From positions 2,930,259 through 2,994,258 of the forward strand of contig CAVNZM010000002.1 in the NCBI GenBank assembly GCA_963693365.1: 64,000 bases of DNA, given 5' to 3'. Origin of the DNA: Amoebidium appalachense (taxonomy: Eukaryota > Protista > Ichthyosporea). The notes beneath the pieces are model-generated. The model had not been told where the DNA came from, did no database searches, and worked only from the letters and a program-made list of their open reading frames with translations. A program made the position numbers and the translations under genes. Below are positions 50,324 through 64,000 of this stretch, piece by piece (positions within the stretch are counted from its first letter, which is position 1; every line of letters begins with the position of its first letter).

Positions 50324-50935
50324 CCTGGGCCGACGTATAACCCATCCACTGCTGCTCCCACGTTTCTTCTGTGTTATTGCTGTACCCACTTCCATTCCCC
50401 CCCCCCCCCCCCCCCCCCCCCCCTCCCCCCCCCCCCCCCCCCCCTCCCCTCCCCTCTTTCTGTTGTGGATGCCGTGAGAATGGGCTTTCCTTATTATGCA
50501 TACTCTGGAGGTGTGGTTTGCACTCTGCATTATGTTGTCCGTTGTGAATGTGTCACTCGTACGACATTGCGCAATCCCCTCCCCCCAATCCCCTCCCCCT
50601 CCTCCCTCCCCCCTAACCCCCCCCCCCCCCCACACACACACACATGTGGCACGGGAATGAGCTCTGCTAATACTTGGATATTTGTCCTTGTGTGCATGTC
50701 CAACCCTATTTTCTTTATAATTTCCCTCGTGCTCTGGCACACGTTTTCTTGTACTGTGCATGCATTCTCACTCCCCATCCCCCCTCCTCAACCTATAACC
50801 CCCCCCCCCCCCCCCCCCCTGAGGATGGGCTCTGCTTATGACGCATACTGTGCGCATGGCTGATGTTGCATACTTGAATTTTTGCCTTGGCATGTGTCCT
50901 TCGTGTATACGTACTTCGTACCGTGTTCCGCATTC

Positions 50936-50969
<34 letters not shown>

Positions 50970-51085
50970 CGCTCTCCCAGGTCCATTCACCCATTCACTC
51001 CCCCCCCCCCCCCCCCCAACCCACCCACCATCACCACCACCACCACACACACACACACTCTCTCTTTCTCTCTCTCTCACTCTCA

Positions 51086-51166
<81 letters not shown>

Positions 51167-51696
51167 CACACACACACACACACACACACACGCAGGTTCC
51201 AGATAGCGCAGATATACGTGCAGGTAGATAGACTCAGCAAGGAGATATACGACAGCAGCAACAAGAGCCACGAGGGGCGCCTGGAGCAGCTGTGGTCTGC
51301 CCTGGTGCAGGATGAGACCCTGCCGGGCAGAAAGGGGGCACACTGGGATAGGCTGGGCTTCCAGGGCCATGACCCTGCTACGGATTTCAGGTGTGTACGT
51401 CTGTATGTGTGTACGTGTATACATGTGTGTGTGTGTGTTTTCTTTCTTTCTTTCTTTCTTTCTTTTTTTTTTTTTTGGGGGGGGGGGGGGGGGGGGACGG
51501 GGGGACGGGAGGCTCGCGTGTGTCCGTGTGTGTGCATGCGTGCGCTCGTGTACATGTGTGTAACTGTGTGTTGGGAAATGTGGTTGTTGTGGGGTTTGGG
51601 CATGGGGTGGTGGAGTTGGGGTCAGCAGGCGCGGGAGGCTAGTTGGGTTCGGGCTGGGGGGCCGAGGTGGGGCCTGGGTGGTGGGTGTATGTTTGT

Positions 51697-51766
<70 letters not shown>

Positions 51767-51810
51767 GCAGAGTTGGTAGTGGAGGGCTGGTTTTTTTTTG
51801 GTTTTTTTTG

Positions 51811-51861
<51 letters not shown>

Positions 51862-52055
51862 TGTTCAAAGGTGTTTTCGTGTGCGGGTGTATGGAAAAGC
51901 TATAACACTCTGGTGTGATGTCGATACTATTTTCCAAATCCATGTTCGGGGCCATTGCAGGTGTTGTGGTATTAACGGGGTGTACTATGGGTGGTGGGGC
52001 CCCTGGATGTGTGTGCGTGTGTGTGTGTGTGTGCGTGTGCGGATGTGTGTGTGTG

Positions 52056-52095
<40 letters not shown>

Positions 52096-52685
52096 GGAAG
52101 GGGAGCCGTGTGTGTGTGTGTTTGGAAAGGGGAGCCGGGGGGTGGGGGGGGGTGAGGTGGGAGGAGGGGGGGGGGGGGGGGGGGGGGAGTCTGATGCCAG
52201 CCACATTTATTTCAGCTGTTGTTTCTGAATGGACTGACCACTCTGTCACAAGCAATCCCAACTCACCAATGATTCAACCACGCAGGGGCATGGGTATTCT
52301 AAGCCTCGACAACATGCTCTATTTTGCGCAAAAATACCCAACCACCGCCCTCTCCCTGCTGGGCACGGCACGCCACCCAAAGCACGGCCACCAGTTTGCA
52401 GTCACGTGCATAAACCTTACGGCCATGGCTGTAAGTTTGCTCCAATCTGGGGCTCTACATTGCCATTTCTATGGGCTGGGGGGGAACCAATCGGACTTTT
52501 CAGATTTTCAGGATGTTTTCTGCTGGCTTTTGGTCGGGTTTTGCTGGTTGTGGGAGAGGGAGGGGCCTGAGAACATCATGGCATATCCAAAGATTAGAGC
52601 AATGTTTGAAAAGGAAGTGCTGTTGCCTAATTTGGACAAGACCCCTTACGGCAAACTATTGATTCTTCCTGCTGATACGGAATGA
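48324..52685 (+). CDS. ELMOD: ELMO domain-containing protein (ELMOD1/2-like ARF/ARL GAP) with an N-terminal hydrophobic anchor
   Basis: Exons 48324-48760, 51196-51390 and 52286-52685 with consistent phases. Contains VTGKCELQRLC, the GAP motif WDRLGFQGHDPATDFRGMGILSL, FAVTCINLT and WEREGPENIMAY. Confidence 0.92.
50470..50940 (+). mobile_element. Three clustered partial copies of the structured repeat family (about 50470-50580, 50645-50775, 50817-50940)
   Basis: Each begins with a variant of tgag(g/a)atgggctctgctta and ends at gca(t/a)tc before a C-rich run. 50817-50940 is nearly identical to the reverse complement of 62467-62600. The middle copy is strongly diverged. Confidence 0.7.
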
Positions 52686-52752
52686 ATGTTTGACATAAGA
52701 AATGTAAAAATTTCACTTAGAAATAAAGTGACAATTCAGTGACACACACGAG

Positions 52753-52821
<69 letters not shown>

Positions 52822-52842
52822 ACACGAACACACACGAGCACA

Positions 52843-52875
<33 letters not shown>

Positions 52876-53241
52876 GAACACCCACGAGCACACACACACA
52901 CACACACGAACACACGAACACCCACACGCATACTGGTATGGTTGCACACAAACCACCACTATTATGTACCACTAACCTGCGCATGCTCTTAACCTCTCTG
53001 TTTCCTATAGGTTCAGATGTCGGAAATGTGTTGTTTTGAGGCATCTCTAGTTTCTGTAAACCGATGCTTGCAGTGACCGCAAACTTTTCCCATTTGTATA
53101 CCTGTATGTAAGGACACATATATAGTATTGCTTTTATGTTTCACGGCCTGTGCAGTTTGTCCGTTTACAAAATTTAGATGCCGAACGAATAAATGACTTC
53201 AAAAATTCAACACCGGAGCTTTTATGATCACATACCCCCCC

Positions 53242-53272
<31 letters not shown>

Positions 53273-53296
53273 AAAAAAAAAAAAACCGAACACACA

Positions 53297-53345
<49 letters not shown>

Positions 53346-53932
53346 ACACACCACCACCACCACCACCACTTTATACCCCGCATTTACCGCAGTATCATTA
53401 AGCTAGGATAAAAAAGAAAATGAAGAATTCGAAAGAAAGAAATTGCCAACATGCGCTTGCACACAAACATCCAAATTATATAGCAACGAGCACCTGCGCT
53501 ACACACACGCGCGCGCATACAGACACACATGACACATCCACACACAGGCGCGCGCACACATGCATGCACGGATAGACCACACACATTGACACTCAAAAAC
53601 GCAAACACCCCTCTTCACACCCAACCGCTGACATCCGCCTCCCCTCCTCCCCCCCCACCCACCCGGCCCCCCCCACACACAAAACACGTGTCCCCTCGCT
53701 CGCGCGCACACACAGACACCAACACGTGTACACACGTGCGCGCACACACAAAACACCACCCCTCACCCATCCACACCTATTAATTCAGCCACTGCATACC
53801 CATGGCAACCTTCCAACTTCACCCACACCATGGCAACATCCTCCCCCTCCCCCCCCCCCCCCTCCAACCACCACCAAGCCGTTCACACACACACACACAC
53901 ACCCGACACCCTGTACATGCCCTAGGAGATTA

Positions 53933-53967
<35 letters not shown>

Positions 53968-54082
53968 GGGCCAACCCTTGTACATGTACATGCGCCCCAG
54001 GAGATAGCCAACGTTTTCCCCTCCCCCTTTCTTTTATTCTCTAAATGTACCAAAACCCCCGCAGGTCACCAGCACTGAGCTA

Positions 54083-54113
<31 letters not shown>

Positions 54114-54368
54114 CCAACCCTCCCCAACCCACCCACCGACCGCAGTCCCCAAACGCTCGTATTGCAAACTCCATAGGCCTTCTCCCCTTCCTCTCCCCTC
54201 CCCCCCTCCGGGGCCCCCGGTCTTACCAGCGCTGCGCCAAGTTGAACCCTCCCCCAACCCCCAACACACACACATACAATCACTTTCCATAGGTAGCACT
54301 GGGTCATGTCACTTAATTCTTCTTGAAAGTGACTTTGGTCGACTAAACCTCACATGACAGTAGTCAGC

Positions 54369-54405
<37 letters not shown>

Positions 54406-55177
54406 CCTTCCCCTACACACGCACAGAAGCAAAGGGGCAGTTACAACTGAGAGCATAAACAAACTGCGGCTTCCCACAACCCATCCAGACTGTGCACAAG
54501 TGTGCCCCAGCATGCTTCGGCTTTGGGATCCCCACCCAGCCAGCAATCTCCACATCACTACAGGCACGGCTAATATATATATTTGAAGCAACTTATCGTT
54601 TTACACTAGCAGACTCAGGCGTGACATAAACATACCTCACAAGTGGGAAAGTCGGCTGTCGGCTCAAGAGGCGGGTTCAGGCTGCTGGAAGAACAACTCG
54701 TTGGAACCAAAGGTTTATGTAGCCAAGTTTATTGATACTCTTGGCCAGTCTCGTGTTCACCGGCCCAGCCGGCAAAGGGCTATTGACTATTTTGGCCGGC
54801 CTCTGCAAAGCCGGCACAGGCCATTCGCAAATTCATACAAGAATGCAATCATAGGTATGTCTATAAACATAGTTATATGTATAAATTCTTCACGCTAGAT
54901 GGTAAGAGTAACAATACTGCCACCTTGCACCACCAGATGTGACCAGTGGGGGAAGGCTGCACTTCAACTTTTCTACTCAACCTCTTTCCATAAACGATGC
55001 TGTAGGTTTCTCGTCGCTCCCACACTCTTTTCGAAATGAATTTACGAGATTTAGAAAAATAATAATTTTTAACAACCAAGAAAATAAAAGATTGTCGCAC
55101 TCCACCGTGTGCTCCTTACAGCCTGCCCACGACACCTGCGTGTTACACACTCGATTTAGTCCCCACTCCGAAGGGAA

Positions 55178-55687
55178 TCACTCAGAGCTCATGCCCGCAA
55201 CCTGGAGAATGACCGGCGACGTGATGTTACGGAGCTGCTGCCTCCTCTCCTCCGTCAGATACTTGAAACCACGCACTCTCTTGACACAGCTGTCCGTGCT
55301 GCAGATGCAGTCGAAGGGAGAATCCATGTCCCACTCCGTCGTGTTGTAGTCGAATGTGAAGCGCTCACCCCTGCTAACAGGCCTGAGCGTTCGGAAGTGA
55401 ATGATGACGCCGGTGGCAACATTCTCTGACCGCTCAAACTCGAGGGCACAGTTGGGCTCGCACGAGTGGTCCATGAACTTGAGAAGATCGTCTCCGAGCT
55501 CAAGGTGTCTGTCAACATCTACTTGGATAGTGTGCATGGTGGGTGTTGGGAGGACGTATTCGCCAGATGTGGAGGCTACAACTACACCTTGAGGAATCTC
55601 AGCGCTAGCAATGAGTGTGCTCCCAGTCTTAAAGTTCTGGAGAAGGCTGAGGGGTGCCTGTTTGGAGGTGATGGTTACGAGACACAT
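55178..55687 (-). CDS. Small intronless SET + post-SET domain protein (putative lysine methyltransferase)
   Basis: 169-aa ORF with FMDHSCEPNC (NHSC motif variant), RPVSRGERFTFDYNTTEWDM and post-SET FDCICSTDSC...RGF. Confidence 0.88.
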   Translation of the reverse strand: MCLVTITSKQAPLSLLQNFKTGSTLIASAEIPQGVVVASTSGEYVLPTPTMHTIQVDVDRHLELGDDLLKFMDHSCEPNCALEFERSENVATGVIIHFRTLRPVSRGERFTFDYNTTEWDMDSPFDCICSTDSCVKRVRGFKYLTEERRQQLRNITSPVILQVAGMSSE

Positions 55688-55689
55688 TT

Positions 55690-55800
55690 TAAGGTTTGGT
55701 AAAGAAAAAACAGGGAAGTGCTTTTGGCAAAGATTTATTTGGCAAAGATTTCTAAGGTTTGGTAAAGAAAAAACAGGGCAGTGCTTTTGGCAAAGGTTTC
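55690..55800. repeat. ~45-bp direct duplication immediately upstream of the SET gene
   Basis: taaggtttggtaaagaaaaaacaggg(a/c)agtgcttttggcaaag occurs at about 55690 and 55753. Confidence 0.85.
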
Positions 55801-56941
55801 AAGTGCGTGTGTGGACAACCCATGTGCCCAGTCGTCGATTTAATAAAGGCCATAGATCGCGAGAACCAATCATATTCTGAGAATGTGAGATTAGGTGAGT
55901 GGGGGCAAACAAGAATAGTACTGGGGCATTCCAAGGCTTTCGATAGTGGGAAATGGTGCAACTAGAATTTAAGTTGGTATAAAAAAATAAAACAAACATT
56001 TCACACGTAAATACAACCTCTGTTTTAATAGCTGATTAATATTTTATTACAATTGACATTATTGAAGATTTTATTATGTTTTTGAATGACGGTATTGGAA
56101 AGTTGAGAGATCTATCTGCCGTCCTCCAATATCAGGATAGCCAAAAATCTGGCTGATATTCCACGTGCTGATGACCAATCAAATGGTCGTATTACTTCGC
56201 GCGCAAAGCTGTCGACATGCAAATGCAACAAAGTGAGCCATGCCTGAGCTTACGCAAACAATGTCCGCCAGCCGGGTTGGTGCGTGCGCAACGCACTGTG
56301 TCATGATTTGTCTCATGTATGTACAAGTAGCCTACAAACTTGTGAGTGTGACCAATTAGTTACTGTATTGCAAAGTGTTGTTGTCAGAGCACGGGTGAGC
56401 ATGTGTGCGAGCAGTTTCATGCGCATGCACATAGTGGCACATGCGATGCATGGCCATGGCCAAATCGTGGCATCACCGGAAAGAAAGTTGCACTGCCATC
56501 ACTGAAGGCAGCATAGCCATTCGTAAGTAGCCATGGGGGTCGACCAAGAAACCGGGAGCAGATCTAGGCACGGTAACTATAACATGCACACTGCAAACAA
56601 ATGCAAAGAGTTCTTCTGTTTACAAGACAGCCTTGTCCGCTGTGTTATTTATGATGAGTGCACATGGCCAAGCAAACAACGTTCAGAGAGATTATGTAGG
56701 CGTCATGTGATAATATGTACATCATACACTCATATGTGGACAACAACATCACCCCAGCATACATACAGTCACCCCCGGCCCGGCCACCCCAAATCATTTT
56801 TGGCCCCACTAACACTACATCCCCCCCCCCCCTCCCCCCCCCTCCCCCTCCTCCCCCCCCCCCCCCCCCAAACACACACACCCCCCTCCCCCCCCCCCCC
56901 CCCCCCCCCCCCCCTCCCTTCAGCACCACCACGAACCACAA

Positions 56942-56993
56942 AAGAAGAAGAAGAAGAAGAAGAAGAAGAAGAAGAAGAAGAAGAAGAAGAAGA
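56942..56993. repeat. (GAA)n trinucleotide microsatellite
   Basis: Directly visible. Confidence 0.95.
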
Positions 56994-57388
56994 AAAGAAA
57001 AAGAGGATTACCATTTGAGAGGTGTGATCACAAAAATCGCCACAGTGCACACGTACTATGCAAGGCCTCGGTGCTCCCATCTAAGTCACGGTGAGCCTGT
57101 TTCCCACAACAACACACATGTGAAGGCAACATGATAACCGCTGCTCTATAGCTAACAGAATAGAAAAGGAATGCATTCAAGTCATTGACAAAACGACAAA
57201 GAAACAAACGAATTTCAATGATCAACCATTTAGACCTCGCTTTCCACAACGAGAACACCTACTCTACAGTTCTTCTTCTGTTAGATCTGATACAAAGGAA
57301 AGCTTTCTTTGAATACGAAATTAATTAGTGTACAGGAGTCACAGGTACCAACTCCCGCATCAACAAGTTGATGCAGCACACGTGCACG

Positions 57389-63559
<6,171 letters not shown>

Positions 63560-63701
63560 TGATCACGTGACATTCTTCATTGGGTGGCATAGGGGTGCCG
63601 GTGAGCAGAATTGTAGAGGGGGAACGGTCGCACCGGGAAGGGGGGGAAAGGGGGGGGGGGGAGAGTGTGTGTGTGTGGCAGAAAAGGGGGAAGGGGGGGA
63701 A

Positions 63702-63908
63702 GGGGTTGATTGCCCCATAAAGTACGACATACACATAAACAACGGACAACACGATGCAGAGTGCAAACCACACAACAAGTTTTAGAGTATGAATAATAAG
63801 CAAAACCCATCCTCAGGAGGGCCCCAAGTCATCCACAGTACCCGAGCTTCGACCCATTCACCTCGTCAACGAAACCCAACTCAGATACCGTTTCATTTGA
63901 ACATGGGG
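63702..63908 (-). mobile_element. Long copy of the structured interspersed repeat family
   Basis: Reverse complement: cccatgttcaaatg...tatctgagttgg...gacgaggtgaatgggtcgaagctcgggtactgtggatgacttggggccctcctgaggatgggttttgcttatt...gcaatcaaCCCC. Confidence 0.8.
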
Positions 63909-64000
63909 GTGCGGGGCGGAGACTGCTTTGACCAAAGATCACAGTCACATACAGCATGCCTACCCCCCCCCCCCCCCCCTCTCTCCGCACAGACTCGAAA

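Overview
Eukaryotic, intron-rich genomic DNA saturated with microsatellites ((GT/CA)n, (GA)n, (GCGT)n) and poly-G/poly-C runs. Almost all ORF-track entries are repeat artefacts. Splicing GT-AG exons by eye gives six genes. (1) A multi-pass membrane protein with a TOM1/GPR137-like helical region fused to an HRDLAARN tyrosine kinase and a Tyr-rich tail (+, 4464-14049). (2) A large secreted mosaic adhesin/ECM-like protein: signal peptide, 2x PAN, PA14/GLEYA, Ig-like, VWD, 5x EGF, Cys-rich repeats and 3x bacterial-like carbohydrate-binding domains (+, 20571-38447). (3) A DYRK1/minibrain kinase (-). (4) An ELMOD-family GAP (+), divergent from DYRK1. (5) An intronless SET/post-SET protein (-). (6) An ERCC4 nuclease apparently carrying an active Mus81-like domain, a second degenerate Eme1-like domain and a C-terminal NZF/RanBP2 zinc finger (-). 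Also present are a non-LTR retrotransposon RT fragment, a 60-bp foldback element, a 21-bp minisatellite, and an uncharacterised ~200-240 bp structured repeat family whose copies all lie sense to their host genes. The gene content suggests a unicellular holozoan such as an ichthyosporean (inference). All exon boundaries and family assignments are manual and were not checked by database search.
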